Positions 23,207-32,168 of a stretch of 64,000 bases of DNA are shown piece after piece. Each line of letters begins with the position of its first letter. The stretch's first letter is position 1. The notes under the pieces are model-generated. The model was not told where the DNA came from. It worked only from the letters and a program-made list of their open reading frames with translations, and did no database searches. This stretch comes from an uncultured Candidatus Saccharibacteria bacterium (lineage in GTDB: Bacteria; Patescibacteriota; UBA1384; CAILIB01; JAUSJZ01): NCBI GenBank assembly GCA_964421635.1, contig CAYQWZ010000001.1, positions 7,267 to 71,266 of the forward strand. The letters run 5' to 3'. The translations under genes and the position numbers were made by a program.

Positions 23207-23579
23207 TTCGAAAAGATTTGGTCGCGGTATTGCTTCTGGAAAGGGAAAAACAGCTGGCAGAGGCACCAAGGGACAAAACTCAAGATCGGGTCATAAAAGA
23301 CACACTGGTTTTACTACTGGCGCCACGCCTCTTCATATGAAACTGCCCAAGCTAGTAGGGAATAAAGTTGTCAAGAAATATGCAACTATTACTTCAGATA
23401 CAATTGAAAGTAAATTTAGTAAAGAAGATCAGATATCTAAAAAGGAGATACTAAATAAAGGTATAATTAACAGAATAACGAGCAGTACTGTAATAAAGAT
23501 AGTTTTGGGGAAGAAACAAACATTTCCATATAAGCTAGATAAAGATATCAAATATTCAAAATCCATTAAAACCGCTTAA
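23178..23579 (+). CDS. rplO: 50S ribosomal protein L15 (overlaps rpsE by 29 nt; no rpmD/L30 in between)
   Basis: [25 protein letters not shown], with the only in-frame ATG at 23178. Confidence 0.88.
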   Translation: MLKIIKKKNNSKRFGRGIASGKGKTAGRGTKGQNSRSGHKRHTGFTTGATPLHMKLPKLVGNKVVKKYATITSDTIESKFSKEDQISKKEILNKGIINRITSSTVIKIVLGKKQTFPYKLDKDIKYSKSIKTA

Positions 23580-24866
23580 TTGAAGCTACTAAGGTTCATA
23601 AAAAACATTTTAACTATTCCCGATTTAAGAAAGCGAGTTTTTGTTGTTTTGATGCTTTTGGCTTTGACCCGCCTATTAGCCGTTGTTCCATTGCCAGGCG
23701 TAAATGTACAACAATTAGTAAATTTCTTTGACACAAATGAGGCATTAAATTTGTTGAATCTTTTTACCGGTGGAGGGTTATCTAATGTATCTGTAGCGCT
23801 AATGGGAGTAGGTCCATATATTACAGCTTCAATTATATTTCAGCTGTTATCATATACTATTCCTTCTTTAGAAGCGATGCAGAAAGAGGGTGAAGCCGGC
23901 AGACAGAAAATAAACCAGTACACCAGATTGACCACAGTCCCCCTAGCCATCATTCAATCTTTTGGTATGCTTACAATTTTACGAAATAGTGGCATTATCG
24001 AAAGCTGGAATCCTACTTCACTTTTACTTATGCTAGCTGTCTCCACAGCTGGTAGTATTATGCTTATGTGGATTGGAGAATTAATCTCTGAATATGGCAT
24101 TGGAAATGGTGTATCCTTAATTATTACTTTAGGAATTATTGCTGGATTTGCTTCTTCGTTCACTAATACTTTATCTACCCTAAGCTTTGGTAATGAACAG
24201 GTAATCAATCTAATTGGTTTTCTAGTAATTTCTTTAATTACGCTGGCAGTAGTGGTAATTGTTAATGAGGGAGTAAGAAATATTTCTGTGACCTATGCCA
24301 AAAATGTTAGAGGTGGAGGATTACTTGGCAGAGCCAACGCTAAACTGCCTATTAAAATAAATAGTGCCGGTGTTATTCCAATTATCTTTGCAATCTCAGT
24401 CGTCCTAGTACCACCCGTTCTAGCTCAACTATTTAAAAATGCCGACCAAGTCTGGCTAGTAAATACCTGTAACTTCATATTGAAAATATTTGATCATTCC
24501 CACTGGTTCTACTCTGTATTATATTTTGTAATGGTTTTCGCATTTACTTATTTTTATACATTTATTATTATTAAGCCAGAAGATATGGCTGAGAACCTAC
24601 AAAGACAAGGTGGGTTTATTCCTGGCGTTAGACCGGGAAACGAGACAGCTAAATATATATACGATGTTGTAAATAGACTGACCTTTCCAGGTGCAATGTT
24701 TTTGGCCACAATTGCCATTCTACCCGTAGTAATTCAAAACATGACATCAATTCAAACTCTTTCCTTGGGTGGTACCAGCATATTAATTGTCGTTTCAGTG
24801 TCTCTAGAGACTCTGCGCCAGCTTGAAACCCAAATTTCTACTCGAACATACGATAATAATATATGA
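23580..24866 (+). CDS. secY: Preprotein translocase subunit SecY (TTG start)
   Basis: Ten TM segments with the LALTRLLAVVPLPGVN N-terminal signature; follows rplO directly. Confidence 0.93.
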   Translation: MKLLRFIKNILTIPDLRKRVFVVLMLLALTRLLAVVPLPGVNVQQLVNFFDTNEALNLLNLFTGGGLSNVSVALMGVGPYITASIIFQLLSYTIPSLEAMQKEGEAGRQKINQYTRLTTVPLAIIQSFGMLTILRNSGIIESWNPTSLLLMLAVSTAGSIMLMWIGELISEYGIGNGVSLIITLGIIAGFASSFTNTLSTLSFGNEQVINLIGFLVISLITLAVVVIVNEGVRNISVTYAKNVRGGGLLGRANAKLPIKINSAGVIPIIFAISVVLVPPVLAQLFKNADQVWLVNTCNFILKIFDHSHWFYSVLYFVMVFAFTYFYTFIIIKPEDMAENLQRQGGFIPGVRPGNETAKYIYDVVNRLTFPGAMFLATIAILPVVIQNMTSIQTLSLGGTSILIVVSVSLETLRQLETQISTRTYDNNI

Positions 24867-25540
24867 AGAAATCTTGCATCACTCTAATCTTTTTCGCATC
24901 TATCATCTACGGGGCATATTCATTAGGGTTTTCAAGGGGGTCAGGCGACAATCAGTTGCCAAAGAAGGATGAAGTAGCTGTTAGCAATTTTGATGACTCA
25001 CAACAACAGGTTCAGGGCCAAACCCAGACCAATGAGAGTGTACCAGAAATCATAAATGAGGAACCACAAAAAAATAGCCAAGGTAATATCACTCATACAG
25101 TTCAGGCAGGAGAGACACTATTTTTAATAGGTTTAAAATATGATGTTCTTTGGACGACTATCGCTCAAGCTAATGGTTTAGATGAAAACTCAGCTTTAAT
25201 TGAGGGACAGAAGATTGTAGTGCCTCTTAACAGCGAAGGTAATATTGAGAAGGAGGAATCTCTTAATATTAACGAAGAAGATGCAAGGAATACTCAAAGG
25301 CTTGTAGGGTCTGGTGAGCTGGCTTGGCGTAGAGATCCTTTGGAAGTTTTAAGGAGAACTGCACCAGTTGATTATCATCTACAAAACAGTTACATTTATA
25401 CATTAGTTGAGCTAGACAAAGATCAAGGAAAAGCAATTATTGAAGTTTTACATGACGATCAAAAGTATATTTTTGAACTGGTGCAGCCAGTAGAAAAAGG
25501 AGACAATGGTGTATGGTATATTTTAAAAATTAAACAATAA
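24863..25540 (+). CDS. Membrane-anchored LysM-domain protein inserted between secY and adk
   Basis: N-terminal TM helix. LysM-like HTVQAGETLFLIGLKYDVLWTTIAQANGL..GQKIVVP. C-terminal ~100 aa unrecognised. Confidence 0.65.
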   Translation: MKKSCITLIFFASIIYGAYSLGFSRGSGDNQLPKKDEVAVSNFDDSQQQVQGQTQTNESVPEIINEEPQKNSQGNITHTVQAGETLFLIGLKYDVLWTTIAQANGLDENSALIEGQKIVVPLNSEGNIEKEESLNINEEDARNTQRLVGSGELAWRRDPLEVLRRTAPVDYHLQNSYIYTLVELDKDQGKAIIEVLHDDQKYIFELVQPVEKGDNGVWYILKIKQ

Positions 25541-25542
25541 AA

Positions 25543-26196
25543 GTGATTAAAACGGCATATTTATTTTTAGGTCCACCAGGGAGTGGTAAGGGAACACAGG
25601 CTCAACTCCTTGCAGAAAGAAATTCGGTATCACATATTGATGTTGGCTCCGCCTTGCGTTTGAGAGCAAGTAAGAATGATGTTTTGGGTAATCAAATTAG
25701 TAAAGTTATGAAGCAGGGCAATACGGTTAATAATATTATAGTCAATACTATATTGGAAGAAGAACTAGATAAGCTAGATAATCAAAATGTTGTTCTAGAT
25801 GGCTATTGCAGAAATGAAGATCAGGCCGACCATCTTCTAAAATTAGTTAATGATAAAATAATTCAAAATTTAATTTGTATTTTTATTAACATTTCTCAGG
25901 AAGAAATTATAAAAAGAATTACTTTGAGAAGATACTGTCGTTATCCTGACAAAAGTCTAAAACTCATTAGTAATGACATCCAAAAAGAAGAGTGTGTTAA
26001 GCTAGGCGGAATAATTGAAAAACGAGCTGACGATAACCTAGAAACTGTGAATAGTCGACTAGAGGTTTATAACAAACAAACATTACCAGCAATTAATATG
26101 TTGTCAAAAATATGTAAGATATTTAATATAGACGGTGATGGCTCGATAGAAGATATTTCAAAAAGAATAACTAATGTTGTAGATGGGATTAATTAA
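25543..26196 (+). CDS. adk: Adenylate kinase (GTG start)
   Basis: LGPPGSGKGTQAQLLAE P-loop and LID-region layout; conserved position after secY. Confidence 0.9.
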   Translation: MIKTAYLFLGPPGSGKGTQAQLLAERNSVSHIDVGSALRLRASKNDVLGNQISKVMKQGNTVNNIIVNTILEEELDKLDNQNVVLDGYCRNEDQADHLLKLVNDKIIQNLICIFINISQEEIIKRITLRRYCRYPDKSLKLISNDIQKEECVKLGGIIEKRADDNLETVNSRLEVYNKQTLPAINMLSKICKIFNIDGDGSIEDISKRITNVVDGIN

Positions 26197-26926
26197 AACA
26201 GAAAGACAACTAGATGATATTAAAATTGCTGGTAAAAGATTAGCTACTGTATTCAAGTTGGTCAAAGATTTAGTAAATATATCTGTTTCCCTAGAAGAAA
26301 TAGACAATGCTGTGGCTCAAAAAATAAAGGATTTGGATTGTAAAGCATCCTTCTTGAATTACGAAGGATATCCTAAATCAAGCTGTATTTCAGTTAATGA
26401 ACAGGTCATTCACGCTATTCCAAATGATTATAAATTGAAAGATGGCGATATTTTAACTGTCGATATTGGCCTTTGGTATAAAAAAGTCTGTGTAGATGGA
26501 GCTCATACATATTTTATTGGAAAGGTTGATAAAAGGGTTGAAGATTTAATTATTTACACTAATGAGGCATTAATGGAAGGTATTAAAAAAGCGAAGGCTG
26601 GTAATCATGTTGGTGCGATTAGCCAGGCTATTGAATCTGTCGCTGTGCAGCATAATCTGGGCATTGTTAGAAATTATACTGGACACGGTGTCGGTTTAGC
26701 TGTTCATGAAAAACCATCAATTCCAAATATAGGTAAAAATGGTGACGGAATGATTCTAAAACCAGGAATGGTTTTAGCTATAGAGCCTATGTTCACACTT
26801 GGTGGTGGAGAAGTAATCACACTACCAGACGGATGGACAGTAGTAACTGCTGATAACAGCATGGCAGCACAGTTTGAGCATACTATTATTATTACTAATG
26901 GAAATCCTATAATTACCACTAAATGA
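26183..26926 (+). CDS. map: Methionine aminopeptidase type I
   Basis: Pita-bread fold motifs (DGDILTVDIG, YTGHGVG, LAIEPM, FEHTIIIT). Confidence 0.93.
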   Translation: MGLIKTERQLDDIKIAGKRLATVFKLVKDLVNISVSLEEIDNAVAQKIKDLDCKASFLNYEGYPKSSCISVNEQVIHAIPNDYKLKDGDILTVDIGLWYKKVCVDGAHTYFIGKVDKRVEDLIIYTNEALMEGIKKAKAGNHVGAISQAIESVAVQHNLGIVRNYTGHGVGLAVHEKPSIPNIGKNGDGMILKPGMVLAIEPMFTLGGGEVITLPDGWTVVTADNSMAAQFEHTIIITNGNPIITTK

Positions 26927-26986
26927 CTTGCAAAGAATACCTTATTCTGGTAAGTTAATAAGGGTTTCAAACCTATTTATTTGTTT

Positions 26987-27307
26987 ATGGCAAAATCAGA
27001 AATTAGATTCGACGGAGAAGTAATAGAGGCAAAACCTAGCGCCATGTTCGATGTAGAACTGGAGAATGGTAGCATAATTATCGCCCGTATTGCTGGCAAA
27101 TTGAGAATTAACTATATCCGCATTACACCAGGTGACTGGGTAACTGTAGAAATGTCTCCTTACGACTTAACCAAAGGAAGAATTATAAAAAGATTATCTG
27201 AAAGTGATTCTAAGAGGATGTCGAAAGATAAAAGAAATAGGTTACGAGAGATAGAAAAAAATAGAAAAAAAGAAAATATAGAAATAACACAAAATAATGA
27301 AAGTTAG
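26987..27307 (+). CDS. infA: Translation initiation factor IF-1 with ~35-aa basic C-terminal extension
   Basis: [36 protein letters not shown]1-like core from ATG 26987 (TTG at 26981 also in frame). Lys/Arg-rich tail beyond the usual ~72 aa. Confidence 0.88.
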   Translation: MAKSEIRFDGEVIEAKPSAMFDVELENGSIIIARIAGKLRINYIRITPGDWVTVEMSPYDLTKGRIIKRLSESDSKRMSKDKRNRLREIEKNRKKENIEITQNNES

Positions 27308-27410
27308 AGCATCTGTAAAAAAATTGTGTAATAAATGTCAGATTGTGAGAAGAAAAGGTGTTGTACGCGTAATTTGTAGTACAAAAAAACATAAACAAAG
27401 ACAAGGTTAA
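27297..27410 (+). CDS. rpmJ: 50S ribosomal protein L36 (not in supplied ORF track)
   Basis: Direct translation gives [37 protein letters not shown] (C-x2-C..C..H zinc ribbon). It lies between infA and rpsM as in the canonical alpha operon, and its stop overlaps the rpsM start as TAATG. Confidence 0.92.
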   Translation: MKVRASVKKLCNKCQIVRRKGVVRVICSTKKHKQRQG

Positions 27411-27790
27411 TGAGAATTTCAGGAGTTAACATACCAGATGAAAAGCAAATTGGCGCTGGCCTAACAGCTGTTTTTGGTATAGGCAGAAATTTGAGCCATT
27501 CTTTATTAAAGGAATTAAATATTGATCCTATTACATCAATTAATAAATTAGCTGAGGAAGATATTACTAAAATTCGTGATGCTGTAGCAAAAAATAGAAT
27601 TGAGGGAGATCTTCGAAGTGAAGTTCAACAGAACATTAAACATAAAATTAATGTTCAGAGTTATCAAGGAATAAGACATCTGAAAAAATTACCTCTAAGA
27701 GGTCAGAAGACAAAGACAAATGCTAGAACAAAAAGAGGTAAAAAGGTAACTGTAGGAAGCGGAAGAAAGGCTCCTGCACAGAAGACCTAA
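27410..27790 (+). CDS. rpsM: 30S ribosomal protein S13
   Basis: [29 protein letters not shown]. Confidence 0.95.
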   Translation: MRISGVNIPDEKQIGAGLTAVFGIGRNLSHSLLKELNIDPITSINKLAEEDITKIRDAVAKNRIEGDLRSEVQQNIKHKINVQSYQGIRHLKKLPLRGQKTKTNARTKRGKKVTVGSGRKAPAQKT

Positions 27791-27791
27791 T

Positions 27792-28163
27792 ATGAAAACA
27801 AAATTAAAGAAAAATAATGTCGGTTTGGGTATTTTGCATGTTAATGCTTCTTTTAACAATACTATGTTGAGTTTATCAGATAAAAATGGTAATATTTTAA
27901 CCTGGTCAAGTAGTGGCCGAGAAGGCTTTACGGGTTCGAAAAAATCTACTCCATTTGCAGCTGCTCAAATTGCTAAGAATATAATAGAACAGATGAAGAA
28001 AATGGGTGTAACGCAGATTGAAATTGTAGTAAGTGGTATTGGTAATGGAAGAGATTCAGCTCTAAGAGTTATCGGCGGTAGCGGAATAGACATTCTTAGT
28101 ATTACAGATAAGACTCCGCTTCCTCATAATGGCTGTAGACCAAGGAAAAGTAGACGAGTATAA
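27792..28163 (+). CDS. rpsK: 30S ribosomal protein S11
   Basis: [40 protein letters not shown]. Confidence 0.95.
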   Translation: MKTKLKKNNVGLGILHVNASFNNTMLSLSDKNGNILTWSSSGREGFTGSKKSTPFAAAQIAKNIIEQMKKMGVTQIEIVVSGIGNGRDSALRVIGGSGIDILSITDKTPLPHNGCRPRKSRRV

Positions 28164-28756
28164 TGGCTAGAAATACATCATCAAAATGCAAACAATGTCG
28201 ACGAGCCGGCGAAAAACTCTTTTTAAAAGGAGACCGCTGTTCTGGTCCCAAATGCTCCTTCTCAAGAAGATCATTTGCACCCGGTATTCATGGCAACTCA
28301 AGAAGATCTCGTTTATCTGACTATGCTTTTCAATTACGAGAGAAACAGAAGGCAAAAGCTGCGTACGGCGTTCTAGAAAAACAGTTTAGAAATTATATTG
28401 AGAAGGCGCAAAAGGGTGATAATACAGGATTTGCGCTACTAAAGATGCTTGAGCTTAGACTAGACAATGTTGTTTTTAGAAGTAATAATGCCAAATCAAG
28501 ATCACAAGCCAGACAGCTAGTGAACCATGGCCATGTAACAGTCAATGGTAAGCAAATAGATATACCATCATATGAATGTAAAACAGATGATTTAGTTGAG
28601 GTTAAGAATGCGCCATCTGTGCCAGATCCTAAAGCTTCCGTCCCTTCTTGGCTAACTAAGAAGAAAGGTGGTGTTTTAGTTGGCTCTATTGTAGATAAAA
28701 GCAATATCGAGACAAATTTAAATGAACAACTAATAATTGAGTATTATACGAGGTAA
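28163..28756 (+). CDS. rpsD: 30S ribosomal protein S4 (with N-terminal zinc ribbon)
   Basis: [23 protein letters not shown]; S4 domain [23 protein letters not shown]. Confidence 0.95.
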   Translation: MARNTSSKCKQCRRAGEKLFLKGDRCSGPKCSFSRRSFAPGIHGNSRRSRLSDYAFQLREKQKAKAAYGVLEKQFRNYIEKAQKGDNTGFALLKMLELRLDNVVFRSNNAKSRSQARQLVNHGHVTVNGKQIDIPSYECKTDDLVEVKNAPSVPDPKASVPSWLTKKKGGVLVGSIVDKSNIETNLNEQLIIEYYTR

Positions 28757-28760
28757 AAAA

Positions 28761-29696
28761 ATGTTTGAACACGATTTATTTATTAAGAATATTAAAGAAG
28801 GTGGCAATATTGGAGAATTTTCAATTGAGCCACTAACAGCTGGTTTTGGTAATACCCTTGGCAACTCACTACGTAGAGTATTATTATCTAGCTTAGAAGG
28901 TGCAGCTGTCGATAAAGTAAAAATTGATGGTGTCGAGCATGAGTTTGATACTATCGAAGGAATAAAAGAAGATGTTGTTGAGATAATCTTAAATATAAAA
29001 CAGCTGAGATTTGATTTAAAGACAGAAGAGGCTACAGTTACTCTATCTAAAAAATCTAAAGGCATTATTACAGCTAATGATTTTGACAAAAACCCTGAGT
29101 GCGAAGCTACCAACAAAGATCAACACATTGCTACCATAAGTGGTAATGGTTCACTATCACTTGAATTAAGTGTCAAGAAAGGTAGAGGATATGAAACCGT
29201 TGAAATGAAAGATACAAAATCCAATCCTATTGGTGTTCTTTCTGTTGATAGTATCTTCTCACCAATTGTAGCTGCTAGTTATGTAGTTGAGCACACCCGT
29301 GTAGGTCAAGAGACAAACCTAGACAAAGTTGTTCTTCATATTGAAACAGATGGTTCTATAACACCTAAAGATGCTTTAGCTGAATGTTGCCAAATCTTAA
29401 CAGATCACTTTACTAGAATAGGTGGCCTTCCAGAACAGAAAATTGAGCCTATTGAGCTAGAGGTTGTTAAAGAAGAATCAACTGAAAGTAAAAATAATGA
29501 ACCTCTTCATCCAAAAATGAAAATTGAAGAAGCAGGCTTTTCCAGTCGAACAACTAATGCTCTTATTACTGCTGGCTATAAAACCATTAGTGGCTTGGTT
29601 CGCCTAAGCAATATCAAGCTTGAAAGTATCAAAGGATTAGGTGCGAAAGGGTTGGCGGAAGTCAAAGAAGCCTTAACTAGAGTTACAGACAGATAA
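28761..29696 (+). CDS. rpoA: DNA-directed RNA polymerase subunit alpha
   Basis: PLTAGFGNTLGNSLRRVLLSSLEGAAV N-terminal domain and C-terminal KGLGAKGLAEVKEAL. ATG at 28761 follows an AGGT SD and the rpsD stop. Confidence 0.93.
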   Translation: MFEHDLFIKNIKEGGNIGEFSIEPLTAGFGNTLGNSLRRVLLSSLEGAAVDKVKIDGVEHEFDTIEGIKEDVVEIILNIKQLRFDLKTEEATVTLSKKSKGIITANDFDKNPECEATNKDQHIATISGNGSLSLELSVKKGRGYETVEMKDTKSNPIGVLSVDSIFSPIVAASYVVEHTRVGQETNLDKVVLHIETDGSITPKDALAECCQILTDHFTRIGGLPEQKIEPIELEVVKEESTESKNNEPLHPKMKIEEAGFSSRTTNALITAGYKTISGLVRLSNIKLESIKGLGAKGLAEVKEALTRVTDR

Positions 29697-29706
29697 ATAA
29701 TCAATA

Positions 29707-30102
29707 ATGGCCAAATCTAGAAAGCTATCGCGTAAAAAAGCTAACAGAGAAGCACTCTTGAAAAATGTGTTTAAGAGTTTAATTTTACATAAAAAAGTGG
29801 TAACAACTGAAGCAAGAGCTAAAGAGGTCAAGAGATACGGAGAGAAGATTTTGGCTAAAGCTCGTAAAAACGATTTACACACAAAAAGAGATATAAATAA
29901 AAAGCTAGACAGTAAGATTGCTATAAAAGAATTGTTTGAGGTAATCGTGCCGTCTTTGCCCAAGAAGGATTCTGGCTTTATAAAATTTCAAAAAGTTGTT
30001 CACCGTGCTGGTGATGGCTCAGATCAGGCTGCATTAATTATAAACAAAACTGAAGGGAAAAAGCCTTTATCAGATAAGAAGCAATTAAAAGGAAAAAGAT
30101 AG
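29707..30102 (+). CDS. rplQ: 50S ribosomal protein L17
   Basis: Basic N-terminus with HKKVVTTEARAKEVKRYGEKIL. Confidence 0.9.
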   Translation: MAKSRKLSRKKANREALLKNVFKSLILHKKVVTTEARAKEVKRYGEKILAKARKNDLHTKRDINKKLDSKIAIKELFEVIVPSLPKKDSGFIKFQKVVHRAGDGSDQAALIINKTEGKKPLSDKKQLKGKR

Positions 30103-30103
30103 A

Positions 30104-30472
30104 ATGAATAATTGGATAGAAATTGATGCCACAGATAGAAGATTAGGGAGACTAGCTACACAGATAGCCAATTTAATAATTGGTAAGGGTGACCCTGCCT
30201 ACAAACCAAATGTGGAGAGAGACATTAATGTAATAGTTATCAATTGTAGTAAGGTTAAGGCAAATCTAACTTCTAAGTTTGATTATCACCACACTGGCTA
30301 TATCGGAAATCTGAAAACAAAACCAAAGTGTGAAATTGATTTAGATAAAATTGTAAAAAATGCAATTTTAGGAATGCTGCCAAAAAACAAATTATTCGCT
30401 AACTTCGATACTAAATTACATTGTTACTTAAAAGATGAACATCCGTATAAAGGACAAACAAATGATAAATAA
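30104..30472 (+). CDS. rplM: 50S ribosomal protein L13
   Basis: WIEIDATDRRLGRLATQIANLIIGKG. Confidence 0.92.
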   Translation: MNNWIEIDATDRRLGRLATQIANLIIGKGDPAYKPNVERDINVIVINCSKVKANLTSKFDYHHTGYIGNLKTKPKCEIDLDKIVKNAILGMLPKNKLFANFDTKLHCYLKDEHPYKGQTNDK

Positions 30473-30833
30473 ATATTATTGGGGTACGGGTAGAAGAAAG
30501 ACATCTGTAGCCAGAATTAGAGCTCAAAAGGGCAGTGGAAAAATCACTTTAGCTAATCAAGAAGCAACCCTAGATGAAGAGGTGACTGCACCCCTAGTTT
30601 TGGTTGGTAAAAGTACTGATTTAGACCTAAGTATAAATGTAAAAGGTGGCGGTTATAACTCCCAAAAAGAAGCTATTAGACACGGCATTGCCAACATGCT
30701 TATAAATCTCGATGAAACGCTAAGACCAACTCTCAGAAAAGCAGGTTTTTTAACCAGAGACGACAGAATGAAAGAGCGAAAAAAGTATGGTTTAAAAAAG
30801 GCTCGACGCGCTCCTCAATGGTCAAAGCGTTAG
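30462..30833 (+). CDS. rpsI: 30S ribosomal protein S9
   Basis: YYWGTGRRKTSVARIRA..GGGYNSQKEAIRHGIANML..KKARRAPQWSKR; start taken at ATG 30462. Confidence 0.93.
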   Translation: MINKYYWGTGRRKTSVARIRAQKGSGKITLANQEATLDEEVTAPLVLVGKSTDLDLSINVKGGGYNSQKEAIRHGIANMLINLDETLRPTLRKAGFLTRDDRMKERKKYGLKKARRAPQWSKR

Positions 30834-30846
30834 TAATAGAGCTTAT

Positions 30847-31215
30847 ATGTATCGAACACTTTTATCTTCAATATCGGGCATCGTACTTTCAACCTCTGCT
30901 CTTTATATAATTTTGACATCAAGTGTTTCACAAAATCCTTCGCTTATTTACACCCTACCATTTGTAGTAGGATTGTTCTTAATGTTCCTATATGTATTTG
31001 TCAGATCATTATTTATTAAAAGTGATTTGAATAAGAAAACCCTATTTGTACTTTACAGACAAGGTTTACTACTGGCTTTAGTAGCAGCTGTTGCCCTAAT
31101 CCTTCAAGGATTTAGGGTCTTAACTCTATTAGATGCTATATTAATATCAGCGGCCGCAATACTGTTTGAGCTATTTTTTCAGTCAGAAAAATCTGACTTT
31201 AGCCAAAAGGAATAA
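30847..31215 (+). CDS. Small hypothetical membrane protein (3-4 predicted TM helices)
   Basis: Hydrophobic 122-aa ORF tightly placed between rpsI and pheS; no recognisable motif. Confidence 0.5.
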   Translation: MYRTLLSSISGIVLSTSALYIILTSSVSQNPSLIYTLPFVVGLFLMFLYVFVRSLFIKSDLNKKTLFVLYRQGLLLALVAAVALILQGFRVLTLLDAILISAAAILFELFFQSEKSDFSQKE

Positions 31216-32168
31216 TGGAACTGAGTCAAAAGATAGACAAAATATTAAAATCAGATATTTCAGTAGAGCAAAAAAGAATAAAACTCCTTGGTAGAAAAGG
31301 GTTGTTAAGTTTGGAATTTAAAAGAATGAAATCTTTGCCTAAAAGTAAAATGGCAAAAATTGGCAAAGAACTTAATAATTTTAGACAACAAATTCAGAGC
31401 TCTCTAAACAGTAACGACGAAATCAAGGAAAGTGTTTTTGATTTATCAGCACCTGCTAGTAGAAAAACATTTGGTGCCAAACACCCAATAAGTATAACAA
31501 TTGACCAGATGGTCGATATTTTCTCAAAACTGGGTTTTGAAGTGTTTACAGGCAATGAGGCAGTTTCTGATTATGACAATTTTGGCAGTTTGAACTTCAG
31601 TCCAGATCACCCAGCTAGAGATACTCAAGATTCATTTATGCTTAAAAATTCGAACTTAATGATGCGTACTCAAACATCAGCAATGCAGATTGAAGTAATG
31701 AAGAAGCAAAAACCACCAATAAGAGCTATTGTTCCTGGTAAAACCTTCCGGCGTGAACTAGATGCTACTCATGTGCCAATGTTCAACCAGCTAGAAGGAT
31801 TCATAGTAGATAAAAATGTCTCTTTTTCAGATTTAAAAGGCTTACTGTCAGATTTTGTTGAACTATTTTTTGAAAAGAAAATTGAGATGAGATTTCGACC
31901 CCATTATTTTCCCTTTACGGAGCCGAGCGCAGAGATCGATATATTATGGAAACAGCCAGGAAAGAAAGATAAGTGGCTTGAGATATTGGGATGCGGTTCA
32001 ATTCACCCTAGTGTTTTAATAAATGCTGGTATTAATCCTAAAATATATCAGGGTATTGCTTTTGGATTAGGCATTGAGCGACCGTTTATGCTCAAATATG
32101 GAGTTAATGATATGAGAGAATTATACAAAAACGAGGTTGAATTTTTAAAACAATTATCTGATTTATGA
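31215..32168 (+). CDS. pheS: Phenylalanine--tRNA ligase alpha subunit
   Basis: Class II core FRPHYFPFTEPSAEIDI; GSIHPSVL; GIAFGLGIERPFML. Confidence 0.95.
   Translation: MELSQKIDKILKSDISVEQKRIKLLGRKGLLSLEFKRMKSLPKSKMAKIGKELNNFRQQIQSSLNSNDEIKESVFDLSAPASRKTFGAKHPISITIDQMVDIFSKLGFEVFTGNEAVSDYDNFGSLNFSPDHPARDTQDSFMLKNSNLMMRTQTSAMQIEVMKKQKPPIRAIVPGKTFRRELDATHVPMFNQLEGFIVDKNVSFSDLKGLLSDFVELFFEKKIEMRFRPHYFPFTEPSAEIDILWKQPGKKDKWLEILGCGSIHPSVLINAGINPKIYQGIAFGLGIERPFMLKYGVNDMRELYKNEVEFLKQLSDL

Noticed and set aside
26939-26962. 7-bp inverted repeat CCTTATT..AATAAGG between map and infA
   Set aside because: The 10-nt loop and absent U-tract make it weak, and it is most likely fortuitous in AT-rich sequence.
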